Of a stretch of DNA of 64,000 nt, positions 28,186 to 38,775 are shown in pieces (position 1 is the first letter of the stretch; every line of letters begins with the position of its first letter). The notes below the pieces were generated by a model, which worked only from the letters and a program-made list of their open reading frames with translations, was not told where the DNA came from and did no database searches. The translations under genes were made by a program, and so were the position numbers. This stretch comes from Candidatus Brocadiia bacterium (GTDB taxonomy: Bacteria; Planctomycetota; Brocadiia; SM23-32): assembly GCA_046538485.1 (NCBI GenBank), contig JBKHIT010000019.1, forward strand, positions 16,114 through 80,113, written 5' to 3'.

Positions 28186-30069
28186 TCACAGAGGCGACAC
28201 AGTGATTTCCAGTTCCCCGGTCTTCTTCGGGGAGCGAAAAGACAGGAGAATGCGGGTGATTTGATCGCCCCACACGTTTTGAAGTCGACTGTCTTCGAGG
28301 GCAAGCTCTTCGAGTTCAAACTGAATACTGGCGAGATCAAACGAAACCAGCGCATCCCCGGATTGCGTTGAATCCGTCAATTCTGATTTTTCGAGGCGAA
28401 TTCGGCCGTCACTGGCGATCTCAGGTTGGCAGGGTGTGATTAAGCTGAAGATCAGCTCCTCTGGTTTTGCTTCCAGGTCCCATGTATCGCGAACAGAGAT
28501 ATGCTCGCCGCGCAGCAACGTTATCTCTCGATATAATGTATGGATGCCCGAATCCGTCGGCCATGCGGAAGTGATGTCCAGATGCAGCGAAGCCTCTTTT
28601 TCGGAGCAGTTATATTCAACATCGGCGGCGCAAGATTCACGGCCGGGCGACTGGCAAACTCCATTGATTGTCGGCAGATTGTGATAGCGAGACTGCATGG
28701 TCCAGATTTCGTAGCGCTCTTTGCTGAATGTTTTCCGACGGTACGTCTCCACCCCAACGTCGATCAGTACCGGAAGGCCATCGTTGAAAACGATGAAATT
28801 GCCTATATCGTTGTGATTGTGGCTTTCAGCGTTATGGCCACCTTTTGCCGCCAGGTACAATCCATCGGGCGCTCCTGCATTCGAACGGGCGGCCATAAGT
28901 TGAGTTTCAGGCAACCAGACATCACGCAGGTAAGGAGGTTCCCCTGTGGCATCCTTGAGACCGTCTGTCATGAAAATGGCGGGGAGTTTCCGCTGCACTG
29001 ACCCGGATAGCGTATTCTGGGGATATCCGGTTTTGCGAGCAAAATATCCGCCGAAATCTTTGAGCTTTGGCTCCCCGACTTTTCTGCCATATCGGATAAG
29101 ATGAGCCGGAGAAGGGCGGCAGCGAGCGGAGGCGTCGGCGAAATTAACGAACCATTGATCGTCGATGTGCACCCGGTAGATGTAACAGCCCATTTCTTTG
29201 ATCAAGGGGATATCAAAGAGATCAACCCGGCCGTCGGTTGCGGAATGGAGGAGCTCAAGACAGTCAAACAGGCTGGCACCCGCACGGTTCCAATAGCCAG
29301 GTCCCTCGTCGCATCCTCCATCTGCCGGGTAATCCTCGACGAAACAGTCGAGGCTACGGGTAATTTTCCGGACGCCCTGTATTCGTTTATCCTGATCTTT
29401 CTCGCATAGCAGCAGGGAGGCCAACCAGTTTGAATTGATCCACGGGTTCCAGTTGTTGGGATGAGCTTCTTTGGGGAATCCCATCCACCAGAAATCGTCG
29501 CGTTCCAAGCAGACATCGAGCATGCGACGTCGAACTTCGTGCAGAATCCTCTTCGGGATAAAATCCGATATCTCTGCGAGAGATGATCCAAGCAGATAAT
29601 GGACCCAGGAGAGCCGTGCGGCTGTTTCAGCGGCGAAAAGATCCACCGTGATTTCCTGGACATCCGGGAGTCCGGGACCTGCTTCTTGGAGATGGAGATG
29701 GGCGGGGAGCCCCCAAAAACTTTCTTCGCAGATGCTCCAGACAGCATTAGCCAGAGGATCCAGAAATCGGCCATCTCCCTGGGCGCACTCGGCGAAAATT
29801 AACCTGTGCAGAATCTTGCGTCTCTGTCCCAGAACCTTCTGGTACCGTGCACGGTTGCCCGTGCGATCGTAGTCGAGAAAAAGAGTTGCCGGCAGTAGCG
29901 GCCAATTTTCATCGAGCGCTTCTTCGCCTTTGTCAATCATATAAGAACGCATTTCGGAAGGAAGAGATTCCCATTTCTCGCGTTCATCCGCGGTGGGATA
30001 AGGATGCCATAAACCAAATTGCACCAGACAGTGCGGCAGGTTGCTTGCATCAACGCGCTCTTTGAGCAT
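28186..30069 (-). CDS. heparinase II/III-family protein (polysaccharide lyase-like)
   Basis: NNWNPW, DGGCDEGPGYW, VNFADA, KGGHNAESHNHNDIGNF, HNLP.ING; no signal peptide. Confidence 0.9.
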   Translation of the reverse strand: MLKERVDASNLPHCLVQFGLWHPYPTADEREKWESLPSEMRSYMIDKGEEALDENWPLLPATLFLDYDRTGNRARYQKVLGQRRKILHRLIFAECAQGDGRFLDPLANAVWSICEESFWGLPAHLHLQEAGPGLPDVQEITVDLFAAETAARLSWVHYLLGSSLAEISDFIPKRILHEVRRRMLDVCLERDDFWWMGFPKEAHPNNWNPWINSNWLASLLLCEKDQDKRIQGVRKITRSLDCFVEDYPADGGCDEGPGYWNRAGASLFDCLELLHSATDGRVDLFDIPLIKEMGCYIYRVHIDDQWFVNFADASARCRPSPAHLIRYGRKVGEPKLKDFGGYFARKTGYPQNTLSGSVQRKLPAIFMTDGLKDATGEPPYLRDVWLPETQLMAARSNAGAPDGLYLAAKGGHNAESHNHNDIGNFIVFNDGLPVLIDVGVETYRRKTFSKERYEIWTMQSRYHNLPTINGVCQSPGRESCAADVEYNCSEKEASLHLDITSAWPTDSGIHTLYREITLLRGEHISVRDTWDLEAKPEELIFSLITPCQPEIASDGRIRLEKSELTDSTQSGDALVSFDLASIQFELEELALEDSRLQNVWGDQITRILLSFRSPKKTGELEITVSPL

Positions 30070-30373
30070 GGAACGGCTCCCAGAATCAGTTTACTTCGAC
30101 CAGGCGGGTTACCATAGAGGAAATCGAGGGGCAAAACCAAGGCTTTTCCCGAATAACGTGGTCTCTCTCGCTTGATTTGCGAAAAATACGGCTTCATTCG
30201 GCGAACCGGCCGGGGCCGCTGAAAGCAATGAGAAATGGGAGGTCAGTTTTTTGCACCTGACTGGTTGCTCCGGGGAGGCCGGGCGAGAGGGATTTTATCG
30301 CCAAAGAATTGCAACTCACTATGCCTTCTGCGTATCATCGTACAGATGGTTGGTAGCTCCGTTCGATGAATGA

Positions 30374-31126
30374 ATGGATTTTTCAATGGGAAAGAAGCGA
30401 CTCGTGATTCTGGTGTTGAGCTTTATTCTGATAGTTTTAATAGGTTGCTTTCGCACGAGGCTGCGTTTTCTCGGGAAACGCTTACTGTGCATTGTCCGGG
30501 GGCGGGCGACTGTTTTGGAAAGGGTGGAGCAGTATGGGGCAGCCGGGAGGCACAGGATGCATCCGTATTTCCGCAAGTCCGGTATCGATTACCCTCCGAA
30601 AAAGATTGTGCTGATTGGATTGAAACGTGAAAAATTGCTGGAAGTCTGGGCTTCTATGGAGGATTCTCGGTATTCACTTGTGAGGACATATCCGATTCTG
30701 AGCACAAGCGGAGAGCCTGGCCCCAAACTTCAAGAAGGGGATGGGCAGATGCCGGAGGGGTTTTACCGCATTGAATCGCTCAATCCTAACAGCAGCTATC
30801 ACCTTTCTCTGAGGATTAACTATCCAAATGATTTCGACCTGCGACATGCCAGACGCGAAGGGCGGACCAATCCGGGGGGCGATATTATGATTCATGGGGG
30901 CCGGGCTTCGCTCGGTTGCCTGGCAATGGGAGACCGGGTTGCGGAAGAACTTTTTGTGCTGGCAGCAGATGTTGGGGTGAAAAACATTCGCGTTATCATG
31001 AGCCCGGTTGACTTTCGTAAGGGCGCTGAGGTGGTTTCAAGAGAAAGTATGCCTCCCTGGACCGATGAGCTGTATGCTCAGATAAAATCTGAGTTGGAAG
31101 TGTTGCAAACCGATGCCGGGAGATGA
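30374..31126 (+). CDS. L,D-transpeptidase family protein (YafK/DpaA-like)
   Basis: GPK..EGD..PEGFY, LNPNSSYHLS..NYPN, GGDIMIHGG..SLGC (HxxxxxxxxC). Confidence 0.9.
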   Translation: MDFSMGKKRLVILVLSFILIVLIGCFRTRLRFLGKRLLCIVRGRATVLERVEQYGAAGRHRMHPYFRKSGIDYPPKKIVLIGLKREKLLEVWASMEDSRYSLVRTYPILSTSGEPGPKLQEGDGQMPEGFYRIESLNPNSSYHLSLRINYPNDFDLRHARREGRTNPGGDIMIHGGRASLGCLAMGDRVAEELFVLAADVGVKNIRVIMSPVDFRKGAEVVSRESMPPWTDELYAQIKSELEVLQTDAGR

Positions 31127-31170
31127 GACGCGCAAGTTCCGCAATTCGAGGCGTACACGACCAAAACCCA

Positions 31171-31297
31171 CGGTGGGCACACCCGCTCTGATGATCAGGT
31201 GCGCGACAAAGTTGTCTTATCCCACCGATCGCAAATGTCGCCGCCGGGGGTAGACAGAGGACCACAGTTGCAGACGTAAGCGTCGGGCGACATTTGC
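31171..31297. repeat. REP-like palindromic intergenic element
   Basis: cggtggg/cccaccg (31171-31227) and gcaaatgtcgcc/ggcgacatttgc (31231-31297) inverted repeats. Confidence 0.55.
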
Positions 31298-31385
31298 ACT
31301 TTGTTGGCGAGCAGCTTCCAGGTGTCAGGTTTCAAATCCTGTACGTCATCGCAATTGCCATTGAGCCAAAACACCGGCCCTCCGT

Positions 31386-31414
31386 TTGACGGATCATTTA
31401 CTGAAATATAGCAT
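31386..31414 (+). promoter_or_regulatory. sigma70-type promoter for the sulfatase operon
   Basis: TTGACG-17 nt-TAGCAT, 42 nt upstream of the GTG start. Confidence 0.5.
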
Positions 31415-31456
31415 CATGGGCTCTGATAAGTGTGATTAATAGAAAAGGTAAAGGTT

Positions 31457-32881
31457 GTGAGTGATAAACCTGATGTCGTCTGGATTTACTGCGATGAGCT
31501 GCGAACCGACGCGCTCGGGTGCTACGGTCATCCCGAGATGGAACTTCATACTCCGAATCTCGACAGGCTTGCCGGAAGCGGCATACGTTTCGAGAACAAT
31601 TTCTGCAATTCGCCTATCTGCGTTTCTTCACGGGTTTGTGCTCTGACTGGAATGCATCCGGAACAGACCGGGGTTTATTGCAACGAAGGAGCCTGGAAAA
31701 ATTTTGAGCTTCCCCGGCCTCTGGATACTTTTCCCCAGGTGTTTTCCCGGCACGGATACCGGACGGCCAATTTTGGGAAAATCCATGTTGCCCGGCCGAT
31801 GTATCCGGGCGCCAGCCCGGGGCCCGATATTTTTCAGCATCATAATGGGGAAGGCGGAGGTATGGGGTTCTGGAAAGACCTGGGGGAGGAGGCGGTTCAA
31901 ATGATTCGCTCTCCCGGGGGGGGAATGAACGGCGGAATCTACCCTGGTGACGAACCGTATCTCCCGGAAAAAGTGACTACCAATGCCATCGATTGGATGG
32001 AAAAAGTGGAGAGTCCGTCGTTCACGCGTCTTTCTATTCTGCAACCGCATACACCTGTTTTACCCCCGGAGGAATTTGTCGAGCTGTACAAAGGACAGGA
32101 TCCCGGAATGCCGGATCCATTACCGGAAACCGTGTCGGAGTTTGAGAAACGGGTTGCCGATGTGCACGGGCTGGACCGAATGGACCCGAAAGATCTGCGA
32201 GCGGCGCGGCTCCACTATTACGCCCTTGTTGCCTGGATCGATTCGCAGATCGGGCGTGTGCTTGAGTTTCTGGAACGGGAAGGGCGGCTGACGGAGACTA
32301 TTGTTATTTTCGGGTCCGATCATGGCAATCCCCTCGGTGATACCGGTGCGTTCGAGAAACATACATTCACGCCAACTGTGCATCGGGTACCTCTGCTGAT
32401 TTCCTGGCCGGACACGTTGCCGGATGGGCAAGTGCGAGACGATATTTCTGAGAGTCTTGACTATGGGCCGACTCTGATGTCGTTGTGCGGGATTGATATC
32501 CCCGAGCAGTATGAAGGACGGGACCTCTTTTCTGATCCAGCGCCGCAGGCCATCTGTTCGACCATCGGTTTTGGCCAGCCGGACTCGAAGATGGGGCCAA
32601 ATGGGGGGTCAGGCGAATGGTTTGGCGGACGTGGTTGGCCGCGAAGAAGTTGCGTGCGAACAGCACGATGGCGGCTGGGGAAAAACATGTTGCTGGATGG
32701 TGAAAAACCATCGCCGGAAGATGAGGATATTTTTCTGGCAGATGTTCAGGAAGATCCTAAAGAAATGGTGAATTTGGCCACAGAGCCACGTTACGCAGAG
32801 GTTGTGAATGATTTGTCAAGAAAGCTCGATAAACATGCTGAAGGTTCTCTGGAAGTTCCACACCGGTGCCTTGTGCGTTGA
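31457..32881 (+). CDS. sulfatase (S1 family, Cys-type, CVSSR variant)
   Basis: KPDVVWIYCDELR, TPNLDRLA, CVSSR..LTG, GKIH, SDHG. Confidence 0.92.
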   Translation: MSDKPDVVWIYCDELRTDALGCYGHPEMELHTPNLDRLAGSGIRFENNFCNSPICVSSRVCALTGMHPEQTGVYCNEGAWKNFELPRPLDTFPQVFSRHGYRTANFGKIHVARPMYPGASPGPDIFQHHNGEGGGMGFWKDLGEEAVQMIRSPGGGMNGGIYPGDEPYLPEKVTTNAIDWMEKVESPSFTRLSILQPHTPVLPPEEFVELYKGQDPGMPDPLPETVSEFEKRVADVHGLDRMDPKDLRAARLHYYALVAWIDSQIGRVLEFLEREGRLTETIVIFGSDHGNPLGDTGAFEKHTFTPTVHRVPLLISWPDTLPDGQVRDDISESLDYGPTLMSLCGIDIPEQYEGRDLFSDPAPQAICSTIGFGQPDSKMGPNGGSGEWFGGRGWPRRSCVRTARWRLGKNMLLDGEKPSPEDEDIFLADVQEDPKEMVNLATEPRYAEVVNDLSRKLDKHAEGSLEVPHRCLVR

Positions 32882-32950
32882 AAATGTTGCAAGTTTTTCA
32901 CGCATTAATTCTGATAGCCGCGTGGCTGAAGCGCTGAAGAGAGGAAGAAA

Positions 32951-34348
32951 ATGGCTGAACGACCAAATTTCCTGATATTTATGACCGAACAGCATCGGGG
33001 CGATTGTCTCAGCGCCGATGGTCATCCAGTGCTGCTGACACCTAACATGGATAGCATCGGAATGGGTGGCGCGCGTTTTACACATGGTTATACGACCTGT
33101 CCGACATGTATCGCTGCGCGGCGGTCGTTCCTTTCCGGTCAGTACCCTTCAACACATGGCATGATTGGCTACCATGACGGGGTCGAGTGGGATGCGCCCA
33201 CGACCGTTGCGGGAGCGCTGGGAGAGGCGGGGTACCAAACGGAGTGGATTGGCCGGAGCATGCATCAGCATCCGGTCCGTAAACGGTATGGTTTCGACCA
33301 CATGGTAGCACACGCGGAGTATGAGGACTTTTTGCGACAAAACCAACCTCCGGGAAGAGCCCCGCTGGCGGAGGGGCGTTTCGGGGCCGGTCCGATGCAC
33401 AATGATTGGACCGCCCGACCGTATCATCTGGACGAATATCTTCACTCGACGAACTGGATTACGAATCAGGCGCTGACATTTCTTGATCGGCGGGATCCGT
33501 CGTCTCCGTTTTTTGCCGTCGTTTCCTATTACGCCGCTCACCCCCCGCTGACTCCTCCTGGTTTCTATATGGAACGGTACCTGCGTTCGGATATACCCGA
33601 GCCCGTGATTGGAGATTGGGCGACACCGCCGGATGAAAACTGGCATCGATCCGGCGCCGGCGGGACGCGGGTAGATCTACAGGGAGAAGAACTGCAGGCG
33701 TGCCGCGCCGGTTATTACGGTTTGATTAACCATGTGGACGACCAGATCCGGCGTATTCTCAGCCCGGTCTCCGGTGTCCAGCGAATGACGAATAACAATA
33801 CTGTGGTTATGTTTGTCAGTGATCACGGGGAGATGCTGGGTGACCACTACCATTTCCACAAACGGTTGCCGTACGAAAGCTCGGCTCATATTCCTTTTAT
33901 GATTTCAGCGCCCCGTCGGTATGGCATCGAGGAAGGGACAGTTCTGGATAACGCCGTTTCGCTTGAGGATGTCATGCCGACCGTCCTCGATCTGGCGAAT
34001 GTTGAGGCACCGGAAACGGTTGAGGGCAAAAGCCTCGTAGCGTTGATGCGGGGAGACGGCGATCTTTCCCGTTCATATCTGCATATCGAACATGCCCCCC
34101 TGTACCAATCCCTTACCGATGGCAAGGAGAAATATATCTGGTTCACACAGGATGGTCGTGACCAGTTCTTTGATCTCAAAGAAGACCCGGAAGAATGTCA
34201 TAATCTTATCGACTCACCGGATTATGCCGAACGTGTAGAGTTCTGGCGGGACCGGTTGATTGAGGAGCTGGAAGGGCGTCCTGAAGAATTTTCGGATGGG
34301 GAAAAACTGATCCCGGGACGGCCCCATAATGCTCTTATGCCATCTTAA
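32951..34348 (+). CDS. sulfatase (S1 family, Cys-type, CIAAR variant)
   Basis: RPNFLIFMTEQHR, CIAAR..LSG, AHPPLTPP, SDHGEMLGDH, FDL..DP.E. Confidence 0.93.
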   Translation: MAERPNFLIFMTEQHRGDCLSADGHPVLLTPNMDSIGMGGARFTHGYTTCPTCIAARRSFLSGQYPSTHGMIGYHDGVEWDAPTTVAGALGEAGYQTEWIGRSMHQHPVRKRYGFDHMVAHAEYEDFLRQNQPPGRAPLAEGRFGAGPMHNDWTARPYHLDEYLHSTNWITNQALTFLDRRDPSSPFFAVVSYYAAHPPLTPPGFYMERYLRSDIPEPVIGDWATPPDENWHRSGAGGTRVDLQGEELQACRAGYYGLINHVDDQIRRILSPVSGVQRMTNNNTVVMFVSDHGEMLGDHYHFHKRLPYESSAHIPFMISAPRRYGIEEGTVLDNAVSLEDVMPTVLDLANVEAPETVEGKSLVALMRGDGDLSRSYLHIEHAPLYQSLTDGKEKYIWFTQDGRDQFFDLKEDPEECHNLIDSPDYAERVEFWRDRLIEELEGRPEEFSDGEKLIPGRPHNALMPS

Positions 34349-34436
34349 TTGAGCTGTTGTGCCCATTACATAGCGATGCACTGTATACGGTGGCAAATGA
34401 AATAAAATGCGACCCAGGAGGGAAACGGATAACGCC

Positions 34437-35271
34437 ATGTCGAATCGAACGCAAGGCGGACTGGCGGCGGGTTCTGCACGTGCAGATATTACCCCCGAGC
34501 CGGGCATACAGCTGGCTGGCGATTGCGGGCGGCATCGGCCGGTGGAGGGGGTTAAGGAACCGCTTTATGCTCGGGCGCTCGTCCTTGAATCGGGAGAAAC
34601 CCGACTCTGCCTCCTTTCTCTGGATCTGCTGGGAGCGACAAATGCCTGCGCGGATGAGGTGCGAGAACGTGTGGCGGATGCGCTTGGTATTGACTCAGAA
34701 GCCGTTATGTTTCACGTCACACAAAACCACGCGGAAGGTTTTGGAAGATTTGAGATATCAAGAGGGGAAAGAACTGGCCCTGGCAAGAACGATTTTAGAT
34801 TTGCCTTTGCGGGAGGTGCCCCCGGCAGAAATTCAGGACGCGGAACGCATTCTCCGTGAGAACCCGGAACCTGTCTGGAAAAATGAAAACGCTGTGGATC
34901 GCAAGTGGGTCGATGCGGCAACCAGGATGGATCTTAGTGACCACCGGGCCGTCTGTCCCATCGCGCAATACGAGGTGCAAGTGTTCCGTCTGGCAGATAC
35001 TGCAATTGTGGCAGTGATGGGCGAGCCATTTGTGGAACTGCAACTGGGGATTAAACTGGCATCGCCGGCCTCGCAGACGTATGTGGCGCATTTTTGTAAT
35101 GGCTATGCGGGATATATCCCTACACCGGAAACCCTCGCGCGCGATGTTCATGAAAGTGGTTACGGAACGGGTCAGGAGGGGTACACGAATATAGCTTCCA
35201 AATTCGAAGCAGATGCGTTCGACCGGGTGGAGTCCGCGGCGAAGGATCTCCTCGGGGAATTATGGTGTTAG
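34437..35271 (+). pseudogene. neutral/alkaline ceramidase-like hydrolase with internal deletion and frameshift
   Basis: N-part (ADITP..LAG..EPLYARALVL..TQNH) joins out of frame at about 34731 to a C-part (QVFRL..AVMGEPF..NGYAGYIPT); the middle is absent. Confidence 0.8.
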
Positions 35272-35374
35272 CGGACTGGCAGTTCTGGATTTGCCGGTGA
35301 CATAACTTTCAAAAATGGATGTCGCGGGAATTCACATCCTGAACTCGAGCCCGCGACCCGGCTCCAGGTTGCTG

Positions 35375-35480
35375 TCAATTTTCCAGATAGACATTTTGTT
35401 CAAGCAGGACCTGACGGAGCTCGGCGTATGTCAATTCGCGAACGCCGCAGTTTGTTTTCCCGAGGCAGTTTGGCTCCCGC
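35375..35480 (-). pseudogene. C-terminal relic resembling an FAD-dependent oxidoreductase tail
   Basis: reads ..KTNCGVRELTYAELRQVLLEQNVYLEN* with no upstream body. Confidence 0.45.
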
Positions 35481-35494
35481 CCGTGGTTTCTATT

Positions 35495-35641
35495 TTACCG
35501 AACCAGTACAGCGCCAGCCCTAAGTATTAGAGCCGCAGAACTGTCCAGAATCGGGGTGAGGGCGTTGGGGTCATTGTAACACCCAGGGCGGAGACAGATG
35601 TATTCGGCCGTGACGAAAAGGATGTTCGGTCGTTCTGGCAT
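35495..35641 (-). pseudogene. N-terminal sulfatase relic (48 codons)
   Basis: GAGG RBS then MPERPNILFVTAEYICLRPGCYNDPNALTPILDS; similarity stops at about 35531; absent from the ORF track. Confidence 0.8.
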
Positions 35642-35676
35642 TAGCCGTTTCCTCTGATTTTATGTGGGTAGAAAAA

Positions 35677-37215
35677 TCAGACGATAGGTGGGTCAGCTTC
35701 TTTAAGCCACCGCGGCCAGACGTCGTTCCGGAACTGTTCCATGTCGTCTTTGTCGAGATCTGCCCAGCAGCTCAATCCGCGAGGCTCAAATGTCGGGACA
35801 CTTTCCTGCGGCAGTTGAGCGGCGAAACGCGCTTTTACGTCTTCGCAATCTGGATCGTCGGCAAGGTTTTCCCATTCGTAGGGATCTTCGCGATGATTGA
35901 ACAGTTCCTCCCCGCCGTCGTAATAGCGTGTGTACCGCCATTCTTCGTCGCGGAGGCTATAATTGCCTCGGCCCTGGACGGTGAGTTCGGGCTCTCGCAG
36001 TTCCGCTGTGTTAGCCGTGGGGTTGGCAAGCAACGGAGAGAGCGATGTGCCGTCGAGATCGGAACGCGGAGAAAGCCCACACAGATCAATAAGCGTGGGG
36101 TAGAGGTCTATCAGGCCGACGGGCCGCTCACAGACTTTATCGGCTGAATCCATTTTCCGCGGATCGACGATTATCATCGGCGTGCGGGCCGATTCCTCCC
36201 AGAGCGAGAACTTCCGCCAGCTGCGCTTTTCTCCGAGGTGCCAACCGTGGTCCGACCAGAAGACGATAATCGTGTTGTCGGCGTAGGGGCTCCGGGCCAG
36301 TTCATCCAGAACAAGTCCGACCATATCGTCGACAAACGACGCGCAGGCGTAGTAGGCCTGGATTACCCGTCGGCGCCCGCGGGGGTCGGCGGCTCGAACG
36401 TTGATGTCGTCTTGAACGCGGGCGTTGCGCCGCGCCACCCAGGGCGAATCAGCCAGATCATCGTCTTTCACCGGATGCAGTTCGAGGTCGTCCAGCGGGT
36501 AGTGCTGAAAATATTTCCGCGGGGCAATGAAGGGCAGATGCGGTCGGACGAAACCGGTGGCCAGAAAGAATGGTTTGTCGTGTTCCTGTTTCAGCACATC
36601 GACGCCGAACTGGGCCGTGACGCCGTCCATGCAATCCATCACGGGGTCGTCCGAAGGCCCGGAGACAAGTTTGACAGAGTTCGGCGGGCCTTCTCCGCCA
36701 GCTCCGCTCCAGTCGATGGAGTCCTCCATGCAGGGCGAGTGATTGTAGTCAGCTTCGCGGATCCTGCCGACATTATTGACGTCCCAGTCCCTGTCGGCGC
36801 GGGGGATCACAACGGTCGGTTCGGGGTCATCGGAAGCTTTGTTTTTCTCAACGGCTTCCTCGGTGTATGAGTGGACGCGGAGGGAATTATGGTGGATTTT
36901 GCCGGAGGAGAACGTTTTGTAACCGGCTTTCCTGAAATATTCCGGGAGTGTTACAACAGATTCAAAATCCTCCCGTCCGGCCCAGTCCTGGAAGCCATAG
37001 ATTCCGGTTCTGGTGGGATATTGTCCGCTGAGCAGGGCGGCTCGGGACGGTCCACAGGAGGGAGCGGGGCACATGGCGTTTGAAAACGTAACACCCCGTT
37101 CCGCAAGCTCATCGATGTGGGGCGTATATGCGTTCGAATCCCCGTAACAGCTGATAAACGGTCGAAGATCGTCAATAGCAATGAAAAGGATGTTTGGGCG
37201 TTGATCAGAACTCAT
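35677..37215 (-). CDS. sulfatase (iduronate-2-sulfatase-like, CGPSR)
   Basis: RPNILFIAIDDLR, CGPSR..LSG, GFVRPHLPF, WSDHGWHLGEK. Confidence 0.93.
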   Translation of the reverse strand: MSSDQRPNILFIAIDDLRPFISCYGDSNAYTPHIDELAERGVTFSNAMCPAPSCGPSRAALLSGQYPTRTGIYGFQDWAGREDFESVVTLPEYFRKAGYKTFSSGKIHHNSLRVHSYTEEAVEKNKASDDPEPTVVIPRADRDWDVNNVGRIREADYNHSPCMEDSIDWSGAGGEGPPNSVKLVSGPSDDPVMDCMDGVTAQFGVDVLKQEHDKPFFLATGFVRPHLPFIAPRKYFQHYPLDDLELHPVKDDDLADSPWVARRNARVQDDINVRAADPRGRRRVIQAYYACASFVDDMVGLVLDELARSPYADNTIIVFWSDHGWHLGEKRSWRKFSLWEESARTPMIIVDPRKMDSADKVCERPVGLIDLYPTLIDLCGLSPRSDLDGTSLSPLLANPTANTAELREPELTVQGRGNYSLRDEEWRYTRYYDGGEELFNHREDPYEWENLADDPDCEDVKARFAAQLPQESVPTFEPRGLSCWADLDKDDMEQFRNDVWPRWLKEADPPIV

Positions 37216-37695
37216 GATTTGCGTTCCTCAGGAATCTAATGCAACTTCCTACGGGCAGAAGGCTGAACACAACAGGAAAAGAATACAGCTGGTTGCCGGC
37301 AGTTCAACGACGACTGTTATCACAATTTTCCGCCGTAATCTGGCTGTCAGGATGTTCCTACCCAGATTAACGTGCAGTATAAGCCGGATGGAATAGAATT
37401 GAAATGACAGGGAATTTGCGCTGTGGGTTGGTAGCCGGACATTTCCCAGAAATCGTGCTGTCTGTCCCCATCGCACCGGGCGCGAATTACTTAATTTTCC
37501 TTCGGAACAGAATCCTGGATTCAACCATCCCGGATCCCGTCCTCTGATCTGAGATCGCTGGAGGGCCTCGTAGCTAAGCCGTTGACAGGCAAGCGGACTG
37601 GACTTCAGAACGCGGCTTATCAGCCCACAGATCTCCCGGCAAACAGCGATGTTTACGGCACCGACCGGCGCGATGTCCCGCGCGCCAACGGCGTG

Positions 37696-37851
37696 CTGTG
37701 GATTGCGGTGTGTTAAAACGGGCCGGAGGCACGTTTTACTCACCGCTGTGTCGTTCCGGAACGTGTCACACTTCATATAGCTTCTCCACAACGACAACGG
37801 AGAACGACAACCGAGAACGACACAGCGGCGAAGAATCGCCGCACTCCATAG
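37696..37851. repeat. inverted pair of REP-like palindromes (REPIN-like)
   Basis: ctRtggaKtgcgg...ccgctgtgtcgttc on + (37696-37756) and on - (37815-37851), each with an internal hairpin. Confidence 0.65.
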
Positions 37852-38055
37852 CCGGCTGGCGCCGGCGGGGTTCACACACGCGCTGATTTTTGTTGTATCC
37901 CGCGGCAGTGATCATCTTCCGCAACGCCGGGATGTTCGCGGAAATGGCAACAGGAGCAACCCGAATGCAACTGCGCGGAAGGTTTGCTCGATTCTTTCCT
38001 TTGGCTCTCGACTGAATTTCTCCGAAGCGTTGCGACCGAGGCGCGGTCGCGGTTT

Positions 38056-38490
38056 TCAGTGCTCTGGTTCATCGTCTCCGTTGGTCTTTCCCGATCGTCG
38101 GCGGATCCATTCTATCGCTGAGCCTACGATCAGGACAGCATACAGGGTGATTTCTATGGTCCCCACAGCCAGGGGCACCAGGGCGTAAGCTACCAGCAGT
38201 GCAGATATCGCGCTGAGGCCGATTACGGAACCAATGAGAATGTCCTGCAGACGCACGGCATCTTCTCGGATGGCTCTCAAGACTTCCCACGCTGCGCAGA
38301 AAACGAAGCCGATGGCCAGAGCGCATACCAGAGCTGCCCCCAGAACGACTCCCAGATTCAGCAACGATGTTCTGTCAGCGCCGGTGCCTCCAAACACCAC
38401 AAACTGGGATAGAGCCGCAAGAATGACAAAGACCACCGTGCAGGTCAGTAAGTAGGAGCGCGGTTTAATATGGAAATCTGGGTTTTTCAT
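38056..38490 (-). CDS. small membrane protein (about 4 TM)
   Basis: AAAGGGGG RBS, ATG, four hydrophobic segments. Confidence 0.65.
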   Translation of the reverse strand: MKNPDFHIKPRSYLLTCTVVFVILAALSQFVVFGGTGADRTSLLNLGVVLGAALVCALAIGFVFCAAWEVLRAIREDAVRLQDILIGSVIGLSAISALLVAYALVPLAVGTIEITLYAVLIVGSAIEWIRRRSGKTNGDDEPEH

Positions 38491-38775
38491 ATGTGCCCCC
38501 TTTGTGCTTGAGCCCGGCGCAACCTGCGGAAAGCAGACACTCTTTGCTTCAGGGGTTTTCTGCTCTTACGAGTCCGATTCCTATGAGAATTTTCCTTTGC
38601 GCCCGAAAGACGGCTCCGAAGGAGCGACACAGGCATTATCGTGGTTCATTTGCTTGGTGGACGACACCCCTCGTATCGAATCTTTCTTGGCGATTTTCGT
38701 GTGCGAAGCTCCAATTGGATGTACAATCAGAAGGAGTATAATCGCTCACATGAGACTACCACAAGGAGTATAGTG

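Noticed and set aside
27568..28371. Short ORFs in the intergenic gap
   Set aside because: No recognisable motifs or RBS; mutually overlapping; one overlaps the heparinase gene antisense
34357..34730. 304-aa ORF read as an intact gene
   Set aside because: Its first ~125 codons are the off-frame reading of the real N-terminal fragment starting at 34437
37249..38072. ORFs of 208 and 66 aa; possible integron attC sites
   Set aside because: The ORFs run through palindromic repeats with no family signal; no clear RYYYAAC/GTTRRRY pair and no integrase
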